This document shows, piece after piece, positions 7,428 through 16,931 of a stretch of 32,000 nucleotides of DNA. The notes below the pieces were generated by a model that saw nothing but the letters and a program-made list of their open reading frames with translations, was not told the DNA's origin and searched no databases. The DNA is from Nostoc punctiforme PCC 73102 (GTDB lineage Bacteria; Cyanobacteriota; Cyanobacteriia; Cyanobacteriales; Nostocaceae). The stretch is taken from assembly GCF_000020025.1 (NCBI RefSeq), contig NC_010628.1, positions 2,070,001 to 2,102,000 on the forward strand. The letters are read 5' to 3'. Positions within the stretch are counted from its first letter, which is position 1, and each line of letters starts with the position of its first letter. Position numbers and translations under genes: made by a program.

Positions 7428-9422
7428 TTATTTCATCGCTCTAGTTGCATTTAAAATTGCCAGCAATGCTACTCCAACATCAGCAAAGACAGCTTCCCAC
7501 ATTGTCGCTATACCTAAAATACCCAATCCAATAAACACAGCTTTAATTGCTAACGCAAACCCAATATTTTGCCAAACAATTTGCCTTGTTTTTCTGGCGA
7601 TTTGTATTGCTTCTGCCACTTTTGACGGCGCATCTGTCATGATGACAATATCAGCAGTTTCAATAGCTGCATCTGAACCTAAGCCACCCATTGCCATCCC
7701 AACATCGGCTCTAGCAATCACTGGTGCATCATTAATACCATCCCCAACAAAGGCAACTTTACTATGCTTGCCGGCGGTGCTGAGTAATTTCTCAATGGCA
7801 TTAACTTTTTCTTCTGGTAATAAGTCTGCTTCGTAAGCATCTATGCCTAGCTGTTTGGCAATTTGGGAAGCGATCGCTTGATTATCTCCAGTCAACATTA
7901 CTGTTCTTTCTACACTCATTCGCTTGAGTGCTTGAATAGCGTGTCTTGCATCTTCTTTCAGTTCATCAGCAATGACAATATACCCAGCGTAAATATTATC
8001 CACTGCTAAATGAACAACTGTTCCCTCTAACTGGCAATTATCATGAGCAATATTCTCTGTGTGTAGTAGGCGATCGCTTCCCGCTATCACTACCCTATTT
8101 TCAACCTTGGCTCTGATTCCATAGCCTGCAATCTCTTCATAATCTCTTACCTCAAATTCATCAATCTTTCCCCCATAAGCCTTAAGGATAGATTGAGCAA
8201 TGGGATGATTTGAGTGCGATTCTACTTTTGCAGCTAATTGCAGCAATTCTGTTTCATTGTAGCCATTTACTGCTACTATTTTTACTACTTTAAATACGCC
8301 TTTAGTTAACGTTCCAGTTTTATCAAACACAACTGTATTGACTGCATTTAGAGTGTCTAGAAAAGTAGAGCCTTTAACCAAAATACCACGTCTAGCTGCA
8401 CCTCCCACTCCTCCAAAGTAACCTAACGGAATACTGATAACGAGTCCACAGGGACAGGAAATAACTAGCAAAATTAAGGCACGATAAATCCATTCTGAAG
8501 AACTTGCGCCAGAAATGAATAAAGGAGGTAATAAAGCAACTGCTAGAGATATAAAAACTACTATTGGTGTATAATATAGGGCAAATTTAGTAATGAATTT
8601 TTCTGTCTCTGCTTTTTTGCTTTTGGCATTTTGCACCAAATCTAAAATCTTGGCAATCGCAGAGTCATCAAATAGTTTTGTTACTCTAATGCTAAGAACA
8701 CCCATTTTATTGATCGTTCCAGCCAAAACTATTTCACCCGGCCTCACTATTCGCGGTACAGATTCTCCAGTTAATGCAGATGTATCAACTTGCGAATTTC
8801 CATCTATAATCTCACCATCTAAGGGAATCTTTTCCCCTGGTTTGACGACGATAATATCTCCAATGTTTACTGTTTCTGGGCGGACTTTTTTTAGTTCCCC
8901 CTCTATTTGGATATTTGCATAATCTGGGCGGACTTCCAATAAGGCTTTGATAGAATTACGGGAACGACTAACAGCAATATCTTGGAATAATTCGCCAATT
9001 TTATAAAATAGCATGACTCCGACAGCTTCGGGCAATTTATGAATTGCGAGCGCCCCTAGTGTCGCTACTGTCATCAAAAAAGTTTCGTCAAATAATCTAC
9101 CTCTAAGTATATTGCGCCCAGCAGTTTTTAAAACACTCCATCCACTCAATAAATAGGCAGGGATGAAAAGCAGATATTCACCTATTGAGTAGAATGTATT
9201 ATGTAATTGATTTTCAAAAATTACACCAGGCACATATAAACTTAAAATTGCTACCAAAGGCAATAGCTCATTTTTTAGATTGAATTCTCCACCGCGATCG
9301 TGATTGTGGTCATGGTTATGGTTCTCATCATGAGTGTGATTACGAGCGTGGTTATGATTCTCATGACGATCGTGTTCACAGTTACAACAACCTGAAGATT
9401 CTGAATGTACTTTCTGCTTCAT
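7428..9422 (-). CDS. P1B-type heavy-metal-translocating ATPase (Zn/Cd/Pb-like signature) with His/Cys-rich N-terminal extension
   Basis: Motifs seen: DKTGTLT, SCPCGLV (CPC in the TM helix), SNHPIA (HP), TGDN, GDGINDAP. The C-terminal TM region has NIGFALAIK (N-x7-K) and ADVG (D-x-G), as in the Zn/Cd/Pb subgroup. The N-terminus is SGCCNCEHDRHENHNHARNHTHDENHNHDHNHD, and no ferredoxin-fold GMxCxxC domain is present. Confidence 0.92.
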   Translation of the reverse strand: MKQKVHSESSGCCNCEHDRHENHNHARNHTHDENHNHDHNHDRGGEFNLKNELLPLVAILSLYVPGVIFENQLHNTFYSIGEYLLFIPAYLLSGWSVLKTAGRNILRGRLFDETFLMTVATLGALAIHKLPEAVGVMLFYKIGELFQDIAVSRSRNSIKALLEVRPDYANIQIEGELKKVRPETVNIGDIIVVKPGEKIPLDGEIIDGNSQVDTSALTGESVPRIVRPGEIVLAGTINKMGVLSIRVTKLFDDSAIAKILDLVQNAKSKKAETEKFITKFALYYTPIVVFISLAVALLPPLFISGASSSEWIYRALILLVISCPCGLVISIPLGYFGGVGGAARRGILVKGSTFLDTLNAVNTVVFDKTGTLTKGVFKVVKIVAVNGYNETELLQLAAKVESHSNHPIAQSILKAYGGKIDEFEVRDYEEIAGYGIRAKVENRVVIAGSDRLLHTENIAHDNCQLEGTVVHLAVDNIYAGYIVIADELKEDARHAIQALKRMSVERTVMLTGDNQAIASQIAKQLGIDAYEADLLPEEKVNAIEKLLSTAGKHSKVAFVGDGINDAPVIARADVGMAMGGLGSDAAIETADIVIMTDAPSKVAEAIQIARKTRQIVWQNIGFALAIKAVFIGLGILGIATMWEAVFADVGVALLAILNATRAMK

Positions 9423-9876
9423 TTTTTATTGAGGCTAGTAAATTACTTAATATCTGAGCCTTTTTCCAAATGTAATAAAAAAAGGAGGTTTTTACAAGTT
9501 GAAAATTTAAGAATGAGAATCTATATCAGATTTTTTGTTAAATACTTATGCTATCTTTTGGTTCAAATTAAGATTTATAATCTTGTAAGTGTATCTATAG
9601 CAGTTATCAACTTTGTAAAATAATCTAAGATATAATTTTTGTTCGTAGTGAGCGATTGATTGCTCTGCATAAGATTTTAAAGGTCTTGATCCGCAAACTT
9701 TAAGCCTGTTTGACTGCTTAATTCTGCTATGAAAACTACTTTGCGATCAAACTGGGTAGATATGGAACTTTCTTGAATAACAAGTGTCAAGCTAGCTATT
9801 CTTAGGGGAAACCCACTTGAAGTTTGAAAGTGAATCGAATACCCTAAGCTAGTAGACTATTTTCTCAAGGAAATCT

Positions 9877-10260
9877 ATGAACAAAAAAATTCTTCTGAAT
9901 TTGCTTTCCACTTCCTCAATCTTTGTATCGATGATGTCTACGCTAGTGGCATTTCATCCTGCCCATGCTAGTGGTAGTATTACACAGCGATTGATGCACA
10001 CACAAGATGGTCGTACCTGTATCACTAACCCACATGGTGGAACAGATTTTGTGTGCATTCGAGATTCAGAGAGAAAGGTACCGTATACTTCATCTGCACG
10101 TTCCTCAACCATTGTCACATCAGTATCAGATCAGAATGTTGCCATGTTGAATTTCACTGACGAAGAAAGTGATGCGGCAATCAAGGTATTTGGCTGCGAC
10201 TGTCCATTATGTGTAAATTCTTTGCGTCAGTTGCGGGGTACTGGAAACTTGGTCTACTAA
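9877..10260 (+). CDS. Small secreted cysteine-containing protein (CxCxxC motif), unknown function
   Basis: ATG start with a signal peptide ending AHA/SGS. It has five Cys, including GCDCPLC near the C-terminus. It is divergent from the metal ATPase. Confidence 0.55.
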   Translation: MNKKILLNLLSTSSIFVSMMSTLVAFHPAHASGSITQRLMHTQDGRTCITNPHGGTDFVCIRDSERKVPYTSSARSSTIVTSVSDQNVAMLNFTDEESDAAIKVFGCDCPLCVNSLRQLRGTGNLVY

Positions 10261-10399
10261 CATTACAATAGCGCTGATAGCGACTATAAGTTTTGTTAGA
10301 TACAAGTGATTAATCACGTATAGAAGATATACAAAACCAAAAAGGCATTTTTAACTACGTACCACTACTATTATTTGGGTAACATTTAAATTCCTTATT

Positions 10400-10421
10400 G
10401 GGGCAATTCATGAATTGCCCC
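10400..10421. repeat. Perfect 22-nt palindrome between convergent genes (possible bidirectional hairpin terminator)
   Basis: GGGGCAATTC-AT-GAATTGCCCC. It lies between the stop of 9877..10260 (+) and the stop of the helicase (-). The flanking U-tracts are poor. Confidence 0.4.
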
Positions 10422-10505
10422 AACAGCAGTTATTTTTGCCTAAGTCCTGAGAGAAAAATACGCAGATAAATTATCAAATACTCTGTGTGCGTCAGAGCAT
10501 TCTGT

Positions 10506-13181
10506 TTATTCAACCACCTCATTCACAGGGAATCTATCAATCAACTGCATCGCCCGATAAGCATTACGCTGGAAAGAGTCTGGCAGATGGGGAACGTGGG
10601 GTATTTGTGATAATAAATCCAACGTCCGGCGGAGAATTCTCACCACATCGCCTTCGTCCAAGGTGGTGTTTTCGCAGAGTTCTGTCCACTCCATTCCGAG
10701 CGCCCATTGTTCTACTATGGCAATTAACTCAAACTCTAACCATATAGGCAGCGCTACGTTATACCGCCGTTGTAGTTGGAACATTTGGCGACGAATTCCC
10801 CGCAATTTTGCTAAAGCTTCTGCCACTTCATTACTAAGCTCAAAGTTAACTTTGCTATCTGGACGGGGTGTTTCCATCACTAAACCGGCGGCGGCGGCGG
10901 CTAAATGGTGGGGATCTAAGTTGTCCAATTCACCACTAGCGAATACTAAACCCAACCACAATTCATTCTCACCCCGAATGGCGGCAGCAATTCGCCCTAA
11001 TTGTGTGGGTACTAAGTTATCTAAAGCGCCAAAGTGTTGCAGAATTAAGATTAAATTGAGAAATTCTTCCCAATGACGTTGTGACTGTTGCTCTACTTGC
11101 CCTTGCAACTGTTCGAGTTCGGCTTCTAGTTCGACGTATTTGGCGCGACGCTTGAAAAGCGTGGCAGCATTGCCTGATTGATGTAAGGGATGAGCTTCTA
11201 GTTGTTCTTGGACGGCAGCAGTGCGACTGAGTTGTTCTGCTACCTCTGGTGCCAGATGCAAAGATTCTATCGGATTGGGAATACGCGTAGCGATCGCAAA
11301 GGTTTCTTCGTTACCACGGCGTGACTGTCCTGGCTTCAAAGGCATCTCTGGGGGTGGTAGTACATCAGGTGATACCTCAATTCGCGGCAATTCTGCATAC
11401 AAATCGACCACATCCCCTGTGGTTGCCACATACCAGCGATTATCATGCCCCAAGCATACCAAGTAGGGAGCTTGACCAGAACCAGGCGATTTTCCCACTA
11501 ACACTGCGGTTACGGGTGAAGACACTGTGATGTTTTTGCCTTTGAGACTCAACAGAGTTCCTGACACTGCAAAGTCCAACATCATCCCCAATTCTTCTTG
11601 TCTATCTTCCTGTGCTTGCTCTTGCAGGGTTTTCAATATCTGGCGTTCTACTTTCAGACGTTGCCGCAATTTTTCATAAATAGCCAGTTCATTTTCATCA
11701 ACTGCGGCGATTTGCTCATGTAGTTGAGCTAATTGTTTTTCCAGTTCGGCAATCTCATCGTATTCTGGTCTTAAATGCAAGGTGGCCATGTACTGCCCAA
11801 AACTGCGCTCTATCAGTTCCCTAGTTTGCTCTAGGGTATGGGTTTGCAGCAAGTTGAGTACCATGCCATAACTGGGCGTAAACTGGCTTACAAGGGGATC
11901 TGGCTTAGATGTCCCCAAATACGCCGCTTCTTTGGCTCCTTCAAAAGGAGTTTGGACTGTCACCACATGACCTTGTTTATCCATCCCCCGACGGCCTGCC
12001 CGTCCCGCCATTTGCAAGAATTCGGAAGCATTTAACAGGCGGTGTCCGGTGTCAGTCCGCTTGGAAAGGGTAGAAATTACCGTTGTCCGAGCGGGCATAT
12101 TAATTCCCGCGGCCAGTGTTTCCGTGGCGAATACTACTTTAATCAGCCCTTGCTGAAATAGTTCTTCTACCAGTGCTTTCCAAGCAGGCAAAATTCCGGC
12201 GTGGTGGGCAGCAATTCCTCGGTATAGGGGTGCAATTTGTCCAGAACGCCCAGCTTCGGGATTGCGGGCTAAAAAGTCATCAATCTGTTGCCGCAATATC
12301 TGGGATTCTTCATTATTTACCAGCCATAAATCACCCACTTCTGCCACCGCTTTATCACATCCCCGGCGACTGAAGATAAAATAAATTGCTGGTAGCATAT
12401 CCCGTTGCTCTAACTGGCTCAAAGTATAAATTATGCCAGGAGCTTCCGGTCTACCACTTCTTCCCCTGTCCCTTTCTCCCCCTCTCTTCTTCTTTTGAAG
12501 AAGGCGGGGATTAATTTTGGTTTTGCTATCATTCAACAGGGGAAATAACCCTTTGGGATTGCAAAAGTGAAATTCCAAGGGAACTGGGCGAAAATCGGAG
12601 TAAATCAGGTCTGTTGGGCCGTGAACGCGATTTAACCAATCGGTGAGTTGATCGCTGTTGGCAACCGTTGCTGAGAGGGCTGCCAGTTGCACTTCCCGAG
12701 GACAATAGATGATGGATTCTTCCCAAACTGTACCGCGCTGGCGATCGTTCATGTAGTGGCACTCATCAAGTATCACCGCTTCCACGTCTACTAATGAGAT
12801 GCCGACTTGCCCGATGGGTGTGCCATAGAGCATATTTCGGAAAATTTCTGTGGTCATCACCAAAATCGGTGCATCCCTGTGAATGGAGGCATCTCCAGTT
12901 AACAGTCCGACTTGATCAAACCCAAATTTTTCTCGAAAGTCACGTAATTTTTGATTCGACAGCGCCTTTAGGGGAGTAGTATAAAATACACGTTTTCCTC
13001 GCGATAGGGCGCGATAAATGGCGTATTCCCCGACTAATGTTTTGCCCGAACCTGTGGGCGCACACACGACTACGGAGCGTCCAGCGTTTAGGGACGCGAT
13101 CGCATCTTTTTGAAACTGATCCAGATCGAAGGGAAATATAGCCCCTAAGTCAAGTTCTGGAGACGGCGCAGGATAATTCAC
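10506..13181 (-). CDS. Ski2/HelY-like DExH-box RNA helicase
   Basis: Walker A APTGSGKT, DExH box LDECHYM, SAT motif (LSATV), and motif VI QMAGRAGRRG. A long C-terminal arch/DSHCT-like region follows. The start is GTG at 13179-13181, and no nearby ATG exists. Confidence 0.9.
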   Translation of the reverse strand: MNYPAPSPELDLGAIFPFDLDQFQKDAIASLNAGRSVVVCAPTGSGKTLVGEYAIYRALSRGKRVFYTTPLKALSNQKLRDFREKFGFDQVGLLTGDASIHRDAPILVMTTEIFRNMLYGTPIGQVGISLVDVEAVILDECHYMNDRQRGTVWEESIIYCPREVQLAALSATVANSDQLTDWLNRVHGPTDLIYSDFRPVPLEFHFCNPKGLFPLLNDSKTKINPRLLQKKKRGGERDRGRSGRPEAPGIIYTLSQLEQRDMLPAIYFIFSRRGCDKAVAEVGDLWLVNNEESQILRQQIDDFLARNPEAGRSGQIAPLYRGIAAHHAGILPAWKALVEELFQQGLIKVVFATETLAAGINMPARTTVISTLSKRTDTGHRLLNASEFLQMAGRAGRRGMDKQGHVVTVQTPFEGAKEAAYLGTSKPDPLVSQFTPSYGMVLNLLQTHTLEQTRELIERSFGQYMATLHLRPEYDEIAELEKQLAQLHEQIAAVDENELAIYEKLRQRLKVERQILKTLQEQAQEDRQEELGMMLDFAVSGTLLSLKGKNITVSSPVTAVLVGKSPGSGQAPYLVCLGHDNRWYVATTGDVVDLYAELPRIEVSPDVLPPPEMPLKPGQSRRGNEETFAIATRIPNPIESLHLAPEVAEQLSRTAAVQEQLEAHPLHQSGNAATLFKRRAKYVELEAELEQLQGQVEQQSQRHWEEFLNLILILQHFGALDNLVPTQLGRIAAAIRGENELWLGLVFASGELDNLDPHHLAAAAAGLVMETPRPDSKVNFELSNEVAEALAKLRGIRRQMFQLQRRYNVALPIWLEFELIAIVEQWALGMEWTELCENTTLDEGDVVRILRRTLDLLSQIPHVPHLPDSFQRNAYRAMQLIDRFPVNEVVE

Positions 13182-13242
13182 TCAATCACATTTGCAACCA
13201 GATTGTTTACTATACTAACGAGTCTTTTGTCAACTTCGTTAT

Positions 13243-13309
13243 TGGTCATTTGTCATTAGTCATTAGTCATGAGTTTTTCACAAAGGATAAAGGACGAATG
13301 ACAAAGAAC
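13243..13309. repeat. STRR-type heptamer array plus partial reverse-complement arm
   Basis: TTGGTCA TTTGTCA TTAGTCA TTAGTCA (13243-13270), then ...GGATAAAGGACGAATGACAAAG, which contains the complement TGACAAA. Confidence 0.7.
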
Positions 13310-13315
13310 TCTTTA

Positions 13316-14134
13316 TTATTTTCCCAGTTCTTGCGATCGCTCTGTGGCAGCTTTCACTGCTTCAATTAAAGCTGAACGAAATCCTGCCTGTTCTAGTTTG
13401 GCAATTCCGGCAATAGTTGTACCACCGGGACTGGTAACGCGATCTTTAAGTTCTGCTGGGTGCATTTTGGTTTCATACAACAGTTTCGCTGTTCCCAGTA
13501 CGGTTTGCAATGCTAATTGATTGGCAATTGCTCTAGGTAAACCTGCGGATACTCCGCCATCAGCAAGTGATTCTACTAGCAGCGCCACGTAAGCGGGGCC
13601 GCTACCAGATAGCCCTGTGACTGCATCCATCAACCCTTCTGAGACTTCCACAACTTCGCCCACAGCAGAAAAAACTTGTTGTGCTATTTGGTGATGCTTG
13701 GTATTAGTATATGCACCTAAACAAATGGCGGTAATTCCTGCTCCCACAGTGGCTGGAGTGTTGGGCATTGCTCTGATAACTGGCAATTGCACAAATGCAG
13801 CTTCTAGCTGATTTAAGGGCACACCCGCCAATATGGAAATTATCAAGGGTGATTGTTCTCTATTAATAATATCAATATCTGCTAATTCTTGTGCGATCGC
13901 GCTGAACACCTGCGGTTTCACTGCCAAAAAGACAACTTCTTTGGCTTGGGTGAAAACCTCACTATTATCTGTCGTCACAGAAACACCGTATTGCTGTTGC
14001 AAAAAATCTAGACGTGAAGGTAGCGGTTCGCTAACTATGACTTCTGATGATTGATAAATTCCACGCGCGATAAGGCGGGATAAGAGCGCTTCTCCCATTA
14101 CCCCACCACCAATTAAACCAAATTTTATAGTCAT
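13316..14134 (-). CDS. proC: Pyrroline-5-carboxylate reductase
   Basis: The N-terminal Rossmann motif is FGLIGGGVMGEAL. The conserved C-terminal motif is VTSPGGTTIAG. 272 aa with an ATG start. Confidence 0.92.
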   Translation of the reverse strand: MTIKFGLIGGGVMGEALLSRLIARGIYQSSEVIVSEPLPSRLDFLQQQYGVSVTTDNSEVFTQAKEVVFLAVKPQVFSAIAQELADIDIINREQSPLIISILAGVPLNQLEAAFVQLPVIRAMPNTPATVGAGITAICLGAYTNTKHHQIAQQVFSAVGEVVEVSEGLMDAVTGLSGSGPAYVALLVESLADGGVSAGLPRAIANQLALQTVLGTAKLLYETKMHPAELKDRVTSPGGTTIAGIAKLEQAGFRSALIEAVKAATERSQELGK

Positions 14135-14230
14135 TGATCGTTAGTCATTTGTCATTAGTCCTCTGTCGTTTGTCATTTGTCACTACGATTAAAACCCGAG
14201 ATAAATGACAAAGGACAAAGGACTAACAAC
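14135..14230. repeat. STRR heptamer array forming a long imperfect hairpin in the sepF-proC spacer
   Basis: The left arm is TTAGTCATTTGTCATTAGTCCTCTGTCGTTTGTCATTTGTCAC (14141-14183). It is opposed by AAATGACAAAGGACAAAGGACTAAC (14203-14227). Confidence 0.7.
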
Positions 14231-14240
14231 TAATTTAACT

Positions 14241-14843
14241 CTATTGTGCCATCCGGTTAGTTTCGTTGCCCCAGGTTTGATTTGGAGAACCTGTAGGACG
14301 AGAAGGACGTGCTGGCGGTTGTGGTACTTCATGAAGAACGCCACCTTGGGTGCTAACTTGGACACAGCTTGGTGTAAACAAGAAGATGCTCTCACCGATG
14401 CGCTCTTGATGTCCATCTAGTGCGTAAGTACCACCTGCAACAAAATCTACTGCTCGTTGAGCTTGGTCTGGATCCATGATTGTCAGATTTAATACCACTG
14501 ACTTCCGTTCTCGCAACGCTTGAATTGCCTGGGGCATTTCTTCAAAGGTGCGTGGTTCGAGGACTAAAACTTCCGAAATTCCGTTAATTGCTCCTGGCAT
14601 ACCAATCACATTCCCCATTGGCTTTGAACCTGCTGCGATATCATCTCCCATTGTAGGCACTGGTTCCCGCCAGCGTCGATTCTGAGCGGTTGCGCTCTCT
14701 TGTGGGGCTGGGGGTTGGGGATTTTCTTGCTGATACAGATTTTGGTAATTATTATCTGTTTCTGGTTCTTCTTCGTAATATTCGTATTCCACTTGCTCAT
14801 TTAGACCTACAAAGTCTCTGAGTTTGGAAAAGATGTTGTTCAT
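14241..14843 (-). CDS. sepF: Cell division protein SepF
   Basis: N-terminal membrane-targeting helix [14 protein letters not shown], a Pro/Gln-rich linker, and the conserved SepF core [29 protein letters not shown]...[17 protein letters not shown]. Confidence 0.9.
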   Translation of the reverse strand: MNNIFSKLRDFVGLNEQVEYEYYEEEPETDNNYQNLYQQENPQPPAPQESATAQNRRWREPVPTMGDDIAAGSKPMGNVIGMPGAINGISEVLVLEPRTFEEMPQAIQALRERKSVVLNLTIMDPDQAQRAVDFVAGGTYALDGHQERIGESIFLFTPSCVQVSTQGGVLHEVPQPPARPSRPTGSPNQTWGNETNRMAQ

Positions 14844-15225
14844 TGTGTGTGTACTCTCCTGGTGCGAATAGCCGTATTGACTTGGCTTAGGATTTATTGA
14901 GATAGGAGCGATGCCTACGGTAGTAAACTACGCTACATGGGTGGATACTTCAGCAAGTATATTGCTATTTGTAGCCCATACTACGGGTTTTGGCGATGAA
15001 CTGACACTTATTGGAAAGGTCTGTGCATCGCCTAAACATAATAATGAGTCAAGATTATATCCTAAGGTTTATCCGAAGGAAAGCTCTTTTTACCCCATTT
15101 TCCCTTGGCGATTGCTCTTGTCAATACTATATCCTTTGTTTCTAATTGCACCAGTCTCTGACAAAATTCTTGTCATCAAATCCTGATCTCTATTAATACT
15201 GACCTGGAAAGCTGACGTTCGAGGG

Positions 15226-15894
15226 CTAAGAGCGATCGCCAAACAATATTGTTCCTAATCGTACCATCGTTGCGCCTGCTTGCACTGCCAGTTCGTAGTC
15301 GCCTGACATACCCATAGATAGTTGCTGCATTTTAATGTGCGACCAGTTTTGCTCCTGGATTTTCTTTGCTAGCTCACGATTGAGATTAAATACATTCAAA
15401 ATTTCGGGATTGTTTAATCCTGAAGGTGGAATTGTCATCAAACCTTGAATTTGTAAATTTTTGTATTGATCGAGTGTGGGTAAATCAGCCAAAAGTTCTG
15501 GCACACTCCAACCAGACTTGTTGGGATCGGGGAGAATTTTCACTTGCAGGCAAACCTGGGGACTCACTCTTAGCTGTTGGGCTAATTGATCTAAGCGTTG
15601 TGCCAGCTTCAAATTATCCACAGAGTGAATCCAAGGGAATTGTTCGATGGCTTTTTTGGCTTTATTGCTTTGCAAATGTCCAATAAAGTGCCAGGTAATA
15701 TCCGGTAAGTCGTGCAACTCGGCTTGTTTACTGGCAGCTTCTTGGATGCGACTCTCCGCAAAATCACGAATTCCTGCGGAGTATGCAAACCGAATGGCCT
15801 CGACAGGAACTTGTTTGCTCACAGCAATCAATTTGACTGAAGTTGGCAGGGAGGAACGAATGGAAACAATACGTTCGGAAATCGAACTGTTCAT
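15226..15894 (-). CDS. pipY: YggS-family pyridoxal-phosphate homeostasis protein (PipY)
   Basis: The PLP-lysine context is KLIAVSKQ. The C-terminus is SMGMSGDYELAVQAGATMVRLGTILFG. It overlaps the pipX stop by ATGA (15891-15894). Confidence 0.9.
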   Translation of the reverse strand: MNSSISERIVSIRSSLPTSVKLIAVSKQVPVEAIRFAYSAGIRDFAESRIQEAASKQAELHDLPDITWHFIGHLQSNKAKKAIEQFPWIHSVDNLKLAQRLDQLAQQLRVSPQVCLQVKILPDPNKSGWSVPELLADLPTLDQYKNLQIQGLMTIPPSGLNNPEILNVFNLNRELAKKIQEQNWSHIKMQQLSMGMSGDYELAVQAGATMVRLGTILFGDRS

Positions 15895-16169
15895 TGGAAG
15901 GTGCGTTGGAAAACACTTTGAAGTTGATCGTACTCCTGAGAATGTCCACTGCGCCGCAGAGTACGCAAGCGATTTTCCAACATCATTCTCGCCTCAGTTC
16001 GTCCTATGGGCTGGAATTTAACACCTTTAACGTCATTTGCGACCAAAAAAAACAGGCGCTGGGCATAAAGTGTGGTGAACAAATCCTGGGTTTCATCAAC
16101 CATACAGATTTTGTAGAGTAAACCCCAAGTTGGATGGTTTATGTAAGTTTCTGCGTTTTCTGGATTCAT
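15891..16169 (-). CDS. pipX: PII-interacting protein X (NtcA co-activator)
   Basis: The diagnostic sequence YINHPTWGLLYKIC...LFTTLYAQRLFFLV...FQPIGRTEARMMLENRLRTLRR...EYDQLQSVFQRTF closely matches PipX as I remember it from Synechococcus elongatus. Confidence 0.92.
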   Translation of the reverse strand: MNPENAETYINHPTWGLLYKICMVDETQDLFTTLYAQRLFFLVANDVKGVKFQPIGRTEARMMLENRLRTLRRSGHSQEYDQLQSVFQRTFQ

Positions 16170-16931
16170 TTAAGAGTCAAGGTGTAGTCAAGGTGGGAGT
16201 ATATATATCTTTTCGCAGTGAATTACAAACATTCAGACGATAATACCAACATTCGTCAGAATATTTGCTTAAAATGCAAAACTGCGGTTACGAAGACCTT
16301 GATCTAGTTTCTAATTGGCAGATGAAGCTAGTGGTAGTGAAGCGAAATGGTACAACAGAAGCCGCAAAGCGTGGATTCAGAGAGTAGAGGCTGGTTGAGA
16401 AACATCACCATCTGCTTTGGTGACTTCAATTTACCAATTTGTAAGGACAAGGTACAATATAGTCCCGATCTTCTTGTTAAAAGTTCGACGTAGCAAGGGA
16501 AAACACCCTTTGAAGCTCCCAACGGCAACAGCGAACTTTTCAACTTCTTTCCATACTGCCACAACTATTGCTAAATGGCACAAAATAGCTAATCTTAAGT
16601 GGGAAGTGGGAATTGGGGACTTAAAAAGAAAACTATTCCCATTCCCTATTCAGCGCTGTCAATTGTGCCTGGGCTATGTGCAGAGATTCATACCATTCTT
16701 TATTCAGGATCGTTGTCTGCGACGATTCCCGCACCCACTTGCATCACTGGCAGCTAGCCAAAAACTTTTTGTACGCGATTTAAAACAGCAAAATAATCTG
16801 ATTCATATTAAAAATCTACAGAAAATGGTATGGGATCAATTTTCTGGCGAGATAACTGTTCAATTTTCCATACCACATCGTAGTCTAGACAACCTAATCA
16901 AGCGCCTGTGAAGGGGAGATGGGAAAGTAAA

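Noticed and set aside
9561-9571. GGTTCAAAT, a T-loop-like motif checked while scanning all spacers for tRNA genes
   Set aside because: There is no flanking acceptor or anticodon stem complementarity. I found no convincing tRNA, rRNA, tmRNA or RNase P-like sequence anywhere in the window.
10487-12979. Multiple plus-strand ORFs (61-137 aa) and one minus-strand out-of-frame ORF (12529..12762) overlapping the helicase
   Set aside because: They are shadow ORFs, antisense or out of frame, within a GC-richer coding region. The helicase frame carries all the DExH motifs.
14923-14936. GTA-N8-TAC (NtcA-box-like) sequence GTAAACTACGCTAC about 86 nt upstream of sepF, tempting given the adjacent pipX
   Set aside because: The six-base consensus is expected by chance several times in 32 kb. 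I could not find a proper TAN3T -10 box at the canonical 22-nt distance; the sequence there is ATAAAT/TAAATC.
14911-15186. 91-aa plus-strand ORF in the pipY-sepF spacer
   Set aside because: It runs opposite to all neighbouring genes and lies in what should be the sepF promoter region. It has no SD or motif and its composition is odd.
16417-16911. 164-aa plus-strand ORF in the pipX upstream region
   Set aside because: It has a TTG start and its first in-frame ATG is near residue 137. It lacks an SD, its composition is basic and low-complexity, and I recognised no motif. I treat it as non-coding (see the finding on 16170-16931).
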